Shown: positions 14,629-28,994 of the stretch, piece after piece
How positions within the stretch are numbered: position 1 is the stretch's first letter
Layout: each line of letters begins with the position of its first letter
Source of the DNA: Raja brachyura
Taxonomy: Eukaryota
Reading direction: 5' to 3'
Assembly (NCBI GenBank): GCA_963514005.1
Contig: OY740809.1
Span: forward strand, 32,488,001 to 32,552,000
Length of the DNA stretch: 64,000 bases
Notes under the pieces: generated by a model
Told to the model about the DNA's origin: nothing
The model's database searches: none
Seen by the model: the letters and a program-made list of their open reading frames with translations, nothing else
Made by a program: the position numbers and the translations under genes

Positions 14629-16150
14629 TGAACATCGTTTGTGACTGGAAAAGTAGAAGGGTAAAAACTGCACATGCTGGAAATCAGATAAAATAAAATG
14701 CTAGCTGTACTCATTAGTCAGACAGTTTCCATGAAGTGACAAACGAGAGTTAATGTTTCATCCTTAAATTGCTGGCCTGAGAGACATCAATTCTGTCTTT
14801 CTCCCTGCTTGACCTGAGTATTTCCAGCATCTCCAGCCTTTTAAGGTGTCAACTGTTGGATAGGTGTTGCACAATATTGCTTCTCTTTAATTTTCTGATC
14901 AGTCAGCTCCATTTTCTTGATTTCACTTCAGAGGTTTTAAACTTCTGTTGCCTAAATGCTGACTGCAATGTTGCAGCTAGTATAAACAAAAGTAAAATGT
15001 CACAAAGATTGGCAATGAACCTTTGAGCGTTTCCAACAATTCTATAATGTAAATCAGAATGTGTTGGAACAAGTTTTTTTTTCCAAATATAGTTGCTACT
15101 ATGCCATTAGGTCTTGGAGAATTTGAATGGTGAAAGAGCTTCTCATGGTATTTTGGGGTGGGGGGGGGGGGGGTACAGGTTTTGGAATGTGTTTTTTTGA
15201 AACAATTGAACTACTTTTTTCCTCATTAAAACTCAAAAGATGTTTGAGTTTTTAAAAAGAACAATTGGAAGTACATTTGCTGTGATTAGTGGTGATTCTG
15301 GTGATGATTTGATGCTTGCCAAACCATGATAAAGCTGATTTATTAAAAGTTGCTGAAAATCCAGCAAATAAGCTTAAAATTACAATAATTTGGTATTGAA
15401 GTAAAGTTTAAAGCTTGGTTTGCGAATTAATCCAATGATTTAAATAAAAAATAAAAAAAATATTTGAAAATTCAGCACATTTTACTCACCAGCCTGCATT
15501 CATTTATTTGAACTTTAACCATGCGCATAGGAATCTGTGGTTTAATGAAAACCACAAATTCTCATGAAAACCAGACTCCTAGCTCTACATCTAAAAGCCT
15601 TCATTAACTCTCATATTTCTTCAGATGCCATTTTGTGGAACTTCTGCTCCTGGCCCAAGGGTGATGCCAGATGGTGTCTCTGTTCAGTGTTTTTGAGGTG
15701 GGAATACCATCAGTAAAAATAACACACGTTTAAAAAGGGTTTCTGCTAGTTGTACATGAATATAAAATGTCTATACATCCTTTTGTTTACGCTAAATGTG
15801 AATGAACTTTCTTGTGCAAATACATTTCTGTTGTCTTGCTGTAGTAAGCTTTTTGTTGTATTTATGTAAATCCTTTATTACTAGTTACTTTTGCAATGTT
15901 ATGCAAAACAATATTACAGGGCTTTTAGACGATAGCTTCGGCAGTTGTAGTTTTCAGTAAATCTACCCTATTATGTGACAAGGCAGTAGTTTTTTTAACT
16001 CTGTCCTTATTGAGTCTTGTTATCTGTGTACCCAAGCTCTCATGGAGGACAAGGTTTTAGTGGGAACTGTTGGGTAAGACTGCAACTGCCTCCAGAGCTG
16101 ACTCCTGTGATGTCTGGTTGAATCTTGTTTGCTATGAGATGTATTCCATT

Positions 16151-16466
16151 TGCAGGAAAAATGTTCCCAATGTTGGGCGAGTCCAGAACCAGGGGCCACA
16201 GTCTTAGAATAAAGGGGACGTCATTTAAGACTGAGGTGAGAAGAAACTTTTTCACCCAGAGAGTTGTGAATTTATGGAATTCCCTGCCACAGAGTGCATT
16301 GGAGGCCAAGTCACTGGATGGATTTGAGAGAGAGTTAGATAGACCTCTAGGGGCTAGTGGAGTTGAGGGATATGGGGAGAAGGCAGACACGGGTTATTGA
16401 TCGGGGACGATCAGCCATGATCATAATGAATGGCCTCCCCCTGCACCTATTTTCTATGTTTCTATG
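16151..16466 (+). mobile_element. CR1-type LINE 3' fragment
   Basis: SRTRGHSL...FFTQRVVNLWNSLP; tail (TTTCTATG)n. Confidence 0.9.
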
Positions 16467-18981
16467 TCTTCTGCTAGAAAATTGTAAAATACCAGTAGTC
16501 TGTACACAGTCATAGTTGGGGTTTGAACTATGGGGTGAATATGCAGCTGGAACGGGGGCTGGATTGTGGGACTGTGTGTGCAGGCCTGAGCTGTGGGAGA
16601 GGTTGAGTTGGCAAGCACATGGGCAACTTTGGAATATGGGTTTCTGCTCTATCTCTACTAAGGTTGGCTGCTATCTGGCCAACGGCCTTGGTGATATATT
16701 CGCTGTTCATTATTGCTCAGATATTTGTGTCCATCTATCAATAATAACTAGGATGCAGCTTGGCTCATCTTGGGTCCTGGTTTATCAAATGGTGTAAAAA
16801 GAACCTACTTGGCATCATAAAATGGACAAAAGTTTTTGTTTTGCTCATCCTGCAATGTGCCTACGAGCTTGTTCTGTGTTCAAATTCTTGGGAATGAAAA
16901 CCCACCAAGGTTTTAGTGGGAGAATATGTATGTGCTCAATGATAATTTTGGAAAACTATCCAGCATGTTGTTTTGAGTGATTTTGTTAGACTAATATCAC
17001 TCTCCGATTCGCAGTTTCCTTTCTCTGAGCCGTTCCGGGGCAGGACTTGAAGAGTGTATTGATTGTGTTTTTGAGGTTTCTTTCAGTTTGAGCTTTGTGT
17101 ATTAAAAATGCACCGTTATGTGAGAAATAGCCGAGATGTCGTCTTTGTTTTGATTGGTTGCATTGACATGGATGAGTGGTTTGTGGTTTCTGAGGCGGTA
17201 GTTGCCATGTGTCTTGACAATTAGTTTTCAACTTGTTGGCCTTTGTCTATGTTCATTGCTGGTTTCTCTGCAACAGTCTCATAAAACATGGCACTAGTTG
17301 AGAGTACTAAACGTGTGCATATTTTGAAATGCATGGAGATCGAGGAACATTTGGGCTTTAAGATTCATTAACTCCTAAGATGGTAATGAACAAAGTACTT
17401 GTACATTTTAAAGACACAGCAGGCCAGGCAGATTCTCAGACTCTGAAGAAATGTCCTGAGCTGAAATGTTGCCCGTGCATATTCTCCAGAGATGCTGCCT
17501 GGCCTGCCGAGTTACTCCAGCACTTTAAAACCAGCATCTACTGTTCCTTGTGTTTACCAGTACATCTTGCTCTTTAAATACCCAACTATCCTGTTTGTGC
17601 TGCTTCGGGCTTGTTTCCAAATTTGGGCAGAGTAGAGCTTGAACCCAGCAGAAATTCGTATGTCAAACTAGAGTGTCATTGTTCTGGAATATATTGGGAG
17701 CCTTTATAATTTGTCAACATGTTACTAGTGGTATAATCGGCCACCATCCAACCAATTCTGGCTCCTTGAGGTGCTGTAAGGTGATTGCTCTGATGTCACG
17801 AGGAAGCTGCAGTGACAGTTCAGTGAGCATTGTGATGTCACAAACAACTGGACTTTTCACTCCAGAATAAGAACAGTGTACGTTAGGAAATCCACGAGGA
17901 TGTTCTTGAGTTTCATAATCGCACCTGAAAACAAGGATAGGGCCAGGTTAAAACAAAATATCTGCATATATCCACCTTGGGCACTTGTTTAAGTGAGCTT
18001 GCTTAATATGCAAGCATTGCACAATATTGACGCTGAGTAAATTCAACAGTGCTAAAGTTAAAAGCGAACTAGGTAAGAAGGCAATTGGGTAACATACAGT
18101 CCAAAACTGAGTAACTGGAAATACTAAATTCCAAGTGTAAAGTTGCATAAACAAGAATTTGCGTCCTGTAATTATTTAAACTTGACTAACAGAGCAATGA
18201 AAGGTCCTTTTGCAGAGTGCTGTTTGTACTGGGTTAACCTGTATTCTGTGTCAGACTTGTCCCTAATTATATGCTTCCAATAGCTCTGGAAAATTTGGTT
18301 CAAAATTCTTGTCGGTTGAATGCTTCAAATGTCTAAGTCGCGTTTTGTGATACTTGCTGCCTTTTCCATACAACAATACATTATCGTGGCCTCTGCAACG
18401 TGGATGAAAACGGACTGTTTTTAAAAAAAAAAGTGTTATTGTGCTTTTATTGCTTGGAGAATTGTAGAGTAGCATTGGTACTTGGTAAGTATTCTGTTTA
18501 GTAAGGGAGGGATCAGGAGAAAATCCAAGTGATTGTCCATTAAGCATCTTTCCGAATTGCCAAATGGGGAAAAATTAGTGTACTGTCCTGAAACTCATCT
18601 AACAGTTGTTCTGGTAACACTTTTGTTGACATCCAATTAAAAAGATTAATGCTAAACATGATCAATGTACAACTAATGTTGATCAATTATTCTTCAGATA
18701 AATGTTACTTTCATCGTGTTCCAAGTTGATTTTCTTGCCGCAATTATGTGGGCTTATGTAGAATCCAAACTAGCATTTGTCTCTCAGCAGTTGGTAAAGG
18801 AACCACTTATGGGCTCAGCAGTTTGTGTTTGACATACTAGTTTCACAAGTATGATATCTTGACTAGTGCAATGTGGCAACTGATGGCTGACAATGGACTG
18901 TCGATCAGTGAAATATTGACAAGGCAATCCTGAAGCGTAAAGAATAGTGAATGCTTAAAATCTGAGATCAAAAGACAAAAA

Positions 18982-19493
18982 ATTTGAAGAGGGACATTAT
19001 TGCTATTGAGGGAGTGCAGCGTAGGTTCACCAGATTAATTCCTGGGATGGCGGGACTGACGCATGATGAAAGAATGGGTCGACTGTGCTTGTATTCACTG
19101 GAATTTAGAAGGATGCGAGGGGATCTTATAGAAACATATAAAATTCTTAAGGGATTGGACAGGGTAGATGCAGGAAAAATGTTTCCGATGTTGGTGGAGT
19201 CCACAACCAGGGGTCACAATTTAGGAATAAGGAGGAGGCCATTTAGGACTGAGATGAGGAAAAACTTTTTCACCCAGAGAGTTGTGAATCTGTGGAATTC
19301 TCTGCCACAAAAGGCAGTGGAGCCTGTTTTCAAGAGAGTTAGATTTAGCTCTTCGGGCTAAGGGAATCAAGCGATATGGGGGAAAAAGCCAGAATGGGGT
19401 ACTGATTTTGGATGATCAACCATGGTCGTATTGAATGGTGGTGCTGGCTTGAAGGGCCAAATGGCCTCCTGCACCTATTTTCCATGTTTCTAT
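18982..19493 (+). mobile_element. CR1-type LINE 3' fragment
   Basis: IEGVQRRFTRLIPGM...RGDLIETYKI...NLWNSLP plus 3' UTR. Confidence 0.9.
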
Positions 19494-22400
19494 AAATGCT
19501 AGAACCACTCAGCGAATCAAGTAGCATCTGTGGGGAGAGAAACCCGTTTCAAGTTGATGACCCTTTAATGAGAATTTAAAATTATTCTCCTGAAACATTC
19601 TGTTTCTAACTCTCCCACATACGCCTGATATACTCTATTTTCTGTTTAATGATAATTCACAGAACAAAATTAATGCCATTAGCAATGGCAAAGTACTGTG
19701 ATTCACTGCTGTTAATTTCTTGGCAGATATATATGCATAGATCTCTATAATTGTTGAGTGTGATCGCAGTGATGTAAGTGTGACTGTAATGCAGTTGGTG
19801 GTAAAGGCTAAAGTAATGGCTTTCCAATAACATTACAAAATTCTCATTTTTTGGATCTGTTGCATTTGTCACACAAGTAATATCTGGCAACTGAACCTAG
19901 AGCTGAAGCGGAGTCCCGACCAACTGTCCACATCATTTGAGACCTTTGAATTATCTTTAATCAGTCAGACTTTTATCTTACACTAAATAATGTACCCCAT
20001 ATTTTGTATCTCTATAGTGGACAGTTTGATTGTAAGCTTGTATAGTCTTCTCGTTGACTAGATAGTGTGCAGCTAAAAAGCTTTTCACTGTACCTCCGTA
20101 CACATGACAGTAATGAACTAAACTACAATGTACAATTTATTATTTAAAACCTTTTTAAAGAATATCAATGATTGGGGTGAATTATTAAGTAGTCTCTTTT
20201 ATTGGGTTTATGCAAAAGATGCATGCAGTGATGTCGGTTCGTGTTCCAGGTTGTAGATCCAGACCCAGAAGCAATGAAGGAACGGAGATGCATTCAGAAC
20301 GATGTGTGACTTAGAGGAACCTCTCAAGTTGTGGAGTTGTCATGCAACTGCTGTCCTTGATGATAGATGACATGGATTTCAGCTGCAGTTGGAGTAGTTG
20401 CAAGCATAGGCAATGGAATTGATTGTCTGATTATCAGTGGACATCCTCGCCCTGCTTTGATGATGAAGCACTGCAGATGGTTGGGCTGCAGTTACTAACC
20501 TAAAGCACTCGCGCAATTACGTTCTGGGGATAGGATAATTAATCTCCAACAGTCATCTTCCTTTGTGCGAGGTACGACTCCCAACCACTGAAGTGTTTTC
20601 CGTTTTGCTTGTTGACTTAGTTATTATGGTACCTTAAACAGTAGTCAAATGCCGTCTTGGTGACACTGACAGTCCGGCTCGCCTTGAGAATTAAGATGAA
20701 AGCTCGGCACCATTTCTATATAGTTATGTTTTGAACCAGTGTGTGCTTCAAGTAGAGAATATTTTGCAAATGTTATATAGTTTCTATTTCTTGTGGAATA
20801 GTGATATGGATTGTGAGCAGGTGAGTTGTAAGTATGACACCATATGATAAGAGTTCCTAAGTATATTTCTGAAAGATGAGGTTTTGTCCACTAGGTTGTG
20901 GAGAACTTAATTCATAGTGTTGAAGACCAATAGTGGAGTGGTCAGAAGGATGGAATTAAATAGTCAAGTGACTGTGTTTAGTTAGATTTACCATTCTACA
21001 CTTCCCAGAATAAGAAACAGCGACTACAGATGTTTAAGGTTTAGCCATTTTGTAATGGGGCTGATATTAGTATGAGTTTTATCTGAGACATCGAGCAGCT
21101 GCTTTTGCATTATGCACTTTATTTTGGAGAGAGAAGCACATTGCCAATTATTGACCTAGAACATTAAACATCCAGCATTTTCTATATTATTCCAAGGACA
21201 ATGTTAGCTCTTTATAACTCTTCATGAATGAAATGCATGTCCCTTGATTACAATATAAGAAGGAATTATGGTGGATGGAAAATTGCAGAGGGATTTAAAA
21301 AATATTCTGTTTTCAAAGGACACAGTGAATGGAAGAGAACCAAGAGTATTTTGACAGTGAGAAGTAATTAAGAAGGTATTATAGAAGTTAAGGAGACAAA
21401 AAACAGGCAATTTGGTGAATATGAAGCTTGCTTCCCAGGTGTTTGGTTACATATATTGGTGATCTTCCGATATTCTATGGTGCTGCCATAAAGGACTGGA
21501 AAGTAGCAAATACGATGTTCTAGGAAGAAAAAGAATAGGATATTACAGACAAAATCTGATCTCTGGTTGGCAAAATACTGGTATCCACCATTATGATTTG
21601 GCAGAGTAAACACGTTTTCATGAAGTTTACCATATTTGCGCTTTTTGGAAACGTAACTAGCAGGTTAGAAAGGCCATTTGAGAAGGTGCCACACACGTAA
21701 GTGCTCTTGGGGTGGAGGTAACATTTGAATGAAAATATTGGCCAAAGGGTTCAAAGGATTGTTTTCAGATTGAGCCTTTCACTTGTTCCGCAATGGTTTA
21801 GAATTTTCTTTGACTTTGATAAAGAAGATAGTGCACTTTATCCATGTTGATAAAACTGTTTGGAAAGGGATCTGTGAGGAAGATGCAACGAAAAATAAGA
21901 TGGGAAGGAAGGCTGTAAATTGGTAGGTGGTTAGGGTCTGAGTATTGTCTTTCTGCTGACTGGGTAGCAGGCAACAAGAAACTTTTCACTGTGCCTCAGT
22001 ACACGTGACAATAAACTGAACTGACTCACCGAATGTGTCCCAAGGATAGAGAGAGATCTCATTTGGAGTAGACACTGGCACGTTAGATTTCATCCTTGGG
22101 GTTCGGGGCTGTCTTTTGAGGAAAGATTACCCGTGGACTTTATAAGTACAAATTTCATTCTGATTCAGGACGTATGACAATAAAGCACTCTTTACCCACT
22201 GGAATTTCAAAGAATGAGAAATGATCTAATTGAGACAAATGAATCATTGCATTGGCAGTGTTTGTCTCCTATAGCGTGAGAAACATCCAATGGGAGCAGG
22301 TCACATAGCTCCTTATTTGGTATGCCATTGAGTAACATAGCTGATCTCATTCATCTTACTCTTGATTCTACTTCCCTTTCTTTAGAACCCTTAAAAAAAA

Positions 22401-22904
22401 CCCAACGGTATGAACATTTGAATTCACCACTTTTACATAACTAACCAACATCCAATCCCCCTTCTCTCTCCCCCCCCCCCCAACTCCGCCTCTTCCCCGC
22501 ACCCCATCTGGATTCAAACTAATTTCTCCTCCATCCCCACCCACCTGTATTCGCGCTTCACAATTTGCACCTCTTCTATGCTTAGCTTACGCTTTTTTGC
22601 CTCCATCTCTGGCCTGTTCAAACCATCTGCTAATCAACCCTCTTCCCCCCCCCCCCCCCCCTCGCCTGTATCCGCCTAGCACTCGCCATGCTTTGTCTTG
22701 CCCCCACTTCTCTTCTGGCTTTCTCACCACTCCTGTCCCCTCTACAACCACAATCAGTCAGAAAGTGTCCAGATCAGAACTGTCACCTATCCATGTTTAC
22801 AAAAGAGGCTGGCCCGCTCAGTTACTCCAGCACTTTTTTTTTTAAGCCAGCATCTACAGTTCCCTGTGTCTCCCTTCCCTTTCCACTTCAACCATCTGTA
22901 TATC

Positions 22905-23178
22905 AGAGTTGCTGCCATACAGCGCCAGGGACCTGGGTTCAATCCTGATCATGGGTGCTGTCTGTATAAAGTTTTACGTTCTCCCTGTGATCATGTGGGT
23001 TTTCTCTGTGTGTTCCGGTTTCTTCCCGCATCCCACACGTGTAGGCTTGCAAGTTAATTGTCTTCAGTAAATTGTCTCTAATGTGTAGGATAGAACTAGT
23101 GTACTGTTGATCCTGGTTGGCACGGACTCGTTGGGCCAAAATGCCTGTTTCCAGGCTGTATCTCTAAACTCAACTAAA
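22905..23178 (+). mobile_element. tRNA-derived SINE (HE1/V-SINE-like)
   Basis: Same B box, central domain and tail as 43955-44266. Confidence 0.75.
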
Positions 23179-24342
23179 CACTCCCAGACTGATGAAGACA
23201 AAATTATCAGAATTGCCATGTGCTGATTCGATGCTAATGGTGAATAAGTATACCCTATTGAATTACCTTGGGTACTGTGTTCGCTCTGTTTACCTCAGGA
23301 ACTGCCTTTGTTTTCCCGACAATATATACTGGCATACAATTCTTGCCCTAACCAGTATGAGACCTATTCATTTCCTGCTTTAGTAACGTGCCTATACTTC
23401 AGCGGTATTTCCTTAAATGCATTTTGTTCGGGAATGTCTGGCGATGGAAGAAAGATGGAACAAATGGAAGTTCCTATCAAGCCAGCTTCAATGTCCTCTT
23501 GCCACTGACTAACTGAACCAGTCAATAATTATTTCTTCTGCTTTGAAATTCACCACAAACGTTTGATCTGTATGTGGCACTTGGGGAGAGAGGATTTTAA
23601 TGGACATTTAGACGTAGACATAGAAAATAGGTGCAGGAGGAGGCCCTTCGAGCCAGCACCGCCATTCATTGTGATTGTGGCTGATCGTAATTAGGGCATT
23701 TGTGCAGAGTTTTGATTGTGACTGTTGACCATTCTATTTCCCCCATCCCAGATGTTGCTTGACCTGCTAAGTTCCTCCAGATTCATTGGTACTCCAGTTT
23801 CCAGCATTTGCAGTCTCTCGTGTGTGCCTCCATTGTTAAGGACACCAGAAATGAGCTGTTACAGCTCTGAAGGATTACCTGTTGCTTTATATGCTATCTA
23901 AGCTGCCAGCTCCAAAATTAGAATTACATTAACGTTGTATGTTGCTGGCTTTTGTGACAAAGCCTGATGCGGGGACGAAACATGCAGAGGCTAAATAATC
24001 TCATAGGGATTGTGCAAAATTGAAAAAATAAATTGATCAAAGCTTGAGTAGCAGATCAGCTACAAGGAGAGGAAAGTTGTATCTCCCCCGTCCAACTGTA
24101 AGTTTGAGGCCTTGTGTCATGTGGAATCTTCCCTGGCTGTTGATCAATACTGAAACAACCTTTTTCTCAGTTACTGTTACTTTTAGTGATACTGAAGTGT
24201 ATGCTGAAGGAATCTGATCTGTGTGCCAGACTGGCCAATTGTATTGTTATGCAGAATTGTTACTTTTAACGAAAGGTTCCATTTTTTTTTCTTTTTATGT
24301 TGGTACATTTATAGAGCTTCATGCATTAAGTCTATATTCTGA

Positions 24343-24465
<123 letters not shown>

Positions 24466-25741
24466 TAAAGGTGGAAAATAATGACAAATGTTGACGCATT
24501 AACTTTTGCTCTCCTCTGTGGAATGCATATTGGTCAGTTCTCAGTCTCGAAACAATATTATCCTACACAATTATCATTGAGAACAATTGTTATTACTCCT
24601 GAATTCCTTATATCAACTGAAATTGCAGTTGGATTGCTGTTAGTGACGTGGACTATCTTGTAATTTGTGACATGTAGGTTTGATTTTCTGCTGTGCCACT
24701 GACTGTTTTGTTATCTTTAGTATTTTTTGCTTGCGGAAACAAAAATAAACATTGTTATTGAAAGGACTTCTTTTGAAAGACCAGTGGGGGGGGAAGAATT
24801 GTTATTGCGATTCTGAAACTCCTAACCCCTTCCACTCATTTACGCAGTTATCATTATAATATGATTTATCATAACATGAGGTTTCTTAGTAACGCAGCAA
24901 TTGCTTTATTGCAGAACTACCTGTATTGGAGCATTCCTTTAATTCATTTCATTTGTATGCTGCCTGCTGTGATACAGAAGTGTATACAAGGGATCTAATC
25001 TGTGTGCCAGACTAGCCAATTGTATTGTAGAAACAAGGAACAACAGATGCTGGTTTACAAAAGGAAGCAGACGCAAATTGCTGGAGAACTTGGATAGATA
25101 ACGTTTGGGGTTAGCATCTGTTGTACGCACCACTTCTGACATCCAGGTTTAGATGAGCAGTAATTTGGTTCATTGGCATGTTGGACAGAACAAAATTGTT
25201 TTCTGTTATTGTTCCCATAAGTGTTTTATGGTCACTGATGCCATTTTTTCAACTACCTGGAACAGTTCCATGGCATTTGCAGTTATATGCACCATTCTAT
25301 TTGCTTTCAAGCTGAAATTCACGCACTATTTTCTACATAGCCGTCTACTTACTTCTCCACAAAATAACCTTTCATTGTTTTGATACATTTTGTTGTAATG
25401 GTCTCCTGACTGCCTTTTCAACTGGATCTGGTGCCATTTAAAGCCTTGGGACCTTTCTAATTGGACTAGGGTCCAGTTGGCTCAGTAGCTCTGTTCTTGT
25501 TCTTGTTTGCCCGACTTTTGATATGTACAATCCTCATATCTCCACACTTCTCTAATTCTGTCACAGCCCAGTGTCTGCTTTTGTCTTCTGACTTGTTTCC
25601 TGACTTTCCAAGTTATCCAGCGATCTTTCCTCTTGTTTGCCGGTCTTTAATAACTATCTCCCATTTCTGACTAAGTCTTCAATCCAAAACATTAAGCATT
25701 TCTCCCTTTCCATTGATGCTGATATTCCCAGTGACTTTATT

Positions 25742-27297
25742 TAGCAAAGTTACAAAATTTTGAGATTTAAAAAATCAAGTCTGCGATTTATCCCATCAGA
25801 TAGATGTCCCATTAAAAATAAGTTTAATTTGACACTAGCTCACTTTTATATCTTCAGTATTAAAAACGTTATGGCCATTTTCATACTCGGAAATTAGCAT
25901 CTTGCTCCCTATTGTTTTTCCATTGACTTAACACAAAAGCTGTGATCGCCGACAGTCAAAAGCCCATAACTTTCTTAAAAATCAAGAGAAAATTTCAGTT
26001 ATTATAGATTGAAGCATTCTGAAACACATATAAAACATCTTACTTGGTTGACCTGAAGGAGATGGGCGACGTTTCGGGTCGAGACCCTTCTTCAGACTGC
26101 AGGGAAACGAGAGATATAGACAGTGATGTGGAGAGATAAAGAACAATGAATGAAAGATATGCAAAAAAGTATTGATGATAAAGGAAACAGGCCATTGTAA
26201 GCTGTTTGTAGTGTGAAAATTAGAAGCTAGTGCGACTTGGGTTGGGTGTGGGGGTGGGGGGGAGATAGAGAAGGAATGCCAGGGCCTGAGGGAGAGGTGG
26301 GGAGGGGAGGAGGCAGCCAGGGTTAACAGAATTGAGAAAATTCAATGTTTAAGGCCAGAGGATGCAGACTCCCCAAGCAGAATATGAGGTGCTGTTCCTC
26401 CAACTTGCGGTGTTGCTCACTCTGGCCGTGGAGGAGGCCCAGGACCGAGAGGTCGGATACGGAATGGGAGGGGGAGTTGAAGTGCTGAGCCACCGGGAGG
26501 TCGGGTTGGTTATTGCGGACCAAGCGGAGGTGTTAAGAAAAGGATATTTTTTTTAAATAGCATAAGAATCCAAATAACGAACTAATTCCGTTCACACAAA
26601 ATTTCACAATATAACATGATTTTTAAATCTCACTGTCATGAATTTATATGCCAGATGGAAGGAATTTAATGTTTAATTCCCATATATTAATCTAGAAACA
26701 TCCACTCAATATAATCAAAATTATTATTGTTTGCACAATACATGTGACGTGTATATTCAAATATTGACTGGATAGACATTAACACAAAATATAGATGGTT
26801 TAGATGCTCTTATGACATGGTTGTCCAAAAAAAAGTATTTAAATCATCTTGCGAGTGGGTGTTTCTGGAACGCGATCGATTGGAACGTTGCGGTTGTGGT
26901 GAATTTGAACCCCATATCGGCAGGAAAGACACTGCTGGTTAGTATGGAGCCCAAATAACATTTTCACAACGTAAAATTAAATTAAAGCCATCCCAAGAAG
27001 CAAGATTCTATGTAAAATAAACGTGTTTTGTCCTGTCATTACGATCCGTCGCGTTGAGGGCGTTCAAAGTCTCTTTTTATTTGAATCCAATTATTAAATT
27101 GTCCAGCTATTTAAAAAAAAACGGGAACGGAAGTCCGATCGATTTTTCTTCATCAGCTAGCAGCCCGAGGAAATCCCTCTCTGGCAAGCAGTACAAAACT
27201 GCATTTTAATCCCCCACCCCTCAATGGCACCAAAGTCGCGCACACGGCCAGTGGCAGAACTGCAGCGCCGCTGAAGGTACGTTTTGTAACATCGCTA
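25742..27297. mobile_element. Putative non-autonomous DNA transposon hosting the Penelope fragment
   Basis: 16-bp imperfect TIR TAGCAAAGTTACAAAA / TTTTGTAACATCGCTA; target duplication only degenerate. Confidence 0.55.
26051..26535 (-). mobile_element. Penelope-like retroelement 3' fragment (GIY-YIG endonuclease C-terminus, 3' UTR, hammerhead-type motif)
   Basis: ORF 26323..26523 PVAQHFNSPSH...RKLEEQHLIFCLGSLHP.ALNIEF resembles Penelope endonuclease tails; it is followed on the same strand by CTGAAGA-AGGGTCTCGACCC-GAAACGTC. Confidence 0.8.
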
Positions 27298-27672
27298 CTC
27301 GATTATAGATTTCTAATATCTGGAATGTTTTTCATTTTCACTTTCCACATCTTTGGCTATTTACTGTTCAACTCTGTACTATTATGTCAGGTTATGTTTG
27401 ATAATGCTACTTCGGATATTTTATTTAAATGATCTTGTGTAAAACTTTGACCCCTCCCACCTGTTGAGTTGCAGTTATGGGGGAAAAATGTTTAAACTTG
27501 TCTATAAAGGATCCTCCTGTCACATGCCATATACATTCATTCTTCACACAAAGATCAAGAAAGGTTGTTTTGGGATGCACTTGTAATGTTCCACAGGCTT
27601 CTTCCTGTATAGAAGAAGCAAAGCCGACTAGACGTGCCGAATGGCCTAATTCTTTTCCTGTGACTTGTGGTC

Positions 27673-28078
27673 TAGAAACATAGAAAATAGGTGCAGGAGG
27701 AAACCATTCGACCCTTCGAGCCAGCACCGCCATTCATTGTGATCATGGCTGATCAATAACCCGTGCCTGCCTTCTCCCCATATCCCTTGACTCCACTAGC
27801 CCCTAGAGCTCTATCTAACTCTCTTTTAAATCCATCCAGTGATTTGGCCTCCACTGCCCTCTGTGGCAGGGAATTCCACAAATTCACAACTCTCTGGGTG
27901 AAAAAGTTTTTTTCTCACCTCAGTCTTAAATGACCTCCCCTTTATTCCAAGACTCTGGCCCCTGGTTCTGGACTCGCCCAACATTGGGAACATTTTTCCT
28001 GCATCTAGCTTGTCCAGTCCTTTTATAATTTTATATGTTTCTATAAGATAACTCTTCATCCTTCTAAACGCCAGTGAA
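27673..28078 (-). mobile_element. CR1-type LINE 3' fragment
   Basis: Reverse complement of the same ORF2 C-terminus and (CATAGAAA)n tail. Confidence 0.9.
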
Positions 28079-28958
28079 TCTAAAATTATTACTTTCACAG
28101 TAGAATGTCGATGATTGTGAAGGGGTAGGGATTTCCCAAACATGGAAAATGGCATGGACTCTGGTATTTAGGTTCCTTGCCATTTTTCAGATATTTGAAT
28201 TCATTCGCTGCGGTTTTGTCGATGTGGTAATAGATTTTGAGCAATTCATCTGGTTTCCCTTTATCTGTGCCCGGTTAGTTGAATGCAAATTTAATAACCA
28301 GTATTTTCAATAATGACAAACCTCCGGGAGCTATTCACCTGATGATACAATTTACCATGAGTAGCAATGCTCATAGTGCAAGCTAGCTAATGAGGGAACA
28401 CATTTTTCTTAACAATCTGTGCACTTGCCCCAGTCATTTGTCACAATCTAGTTCAGAAATCCAACTGTGCCCTAATGCAGTCCTGGTTTGAGTTAGTTTA
28501 ATTCTTTAATGAAGCTTCAGATGGGATCAGTTTAAGTGCTTAATAGAATATTTGAATAAAGGAAATGCTCTCCTTCATTATATTAACTTGCATCTGCTCC
28601 CTGCACTGTTTGGGCATTGCAAGTGCATGTAAGCTGATGAGCCCAAATGGCTAAAACTTTCAAATGTTTATTTTTAGTGAAACCAAAAGTGATTTGACTA
28701 ATGACAATGCACTAGAGGTGGTTTTGGGCATTTCTAATGTTGACATAGTTATGAATGTCCTGCTTGCTTTAGTTGTGATGAAAAGGTTTTTTTTGACTGG
28801 AACGCTAACATAAATTTTCTGTTTTTCGATGCTAATGTGCTGAGGTTTAATGCTTTACAGCCACCACATTCCATTTTCTGAGAAATATGTCTCGTATATC
28901 TGACACGACAGGAAGGGAGATGAATGGATATAAAATGTCACTTTTAAAATTTGTCTTC

Positions 28959-28959
<1 letters not shown>

Positions 28960-28992
<33 letters not shown>
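28960..28992. repeat. Poly-C homopolymer (about 33 nt)
   Basis: Directly visible. Confidence 0.9.

Positions 28993-28994
<2 letters not shown>

Noticed and set aside
28960-28992. Poly-C/G tracts (also about 15156, 22645, 57894, 59039) as functional G-quadruplex elements
   Set aside because: Simple homopolymers with unreliable length and no supporting context.
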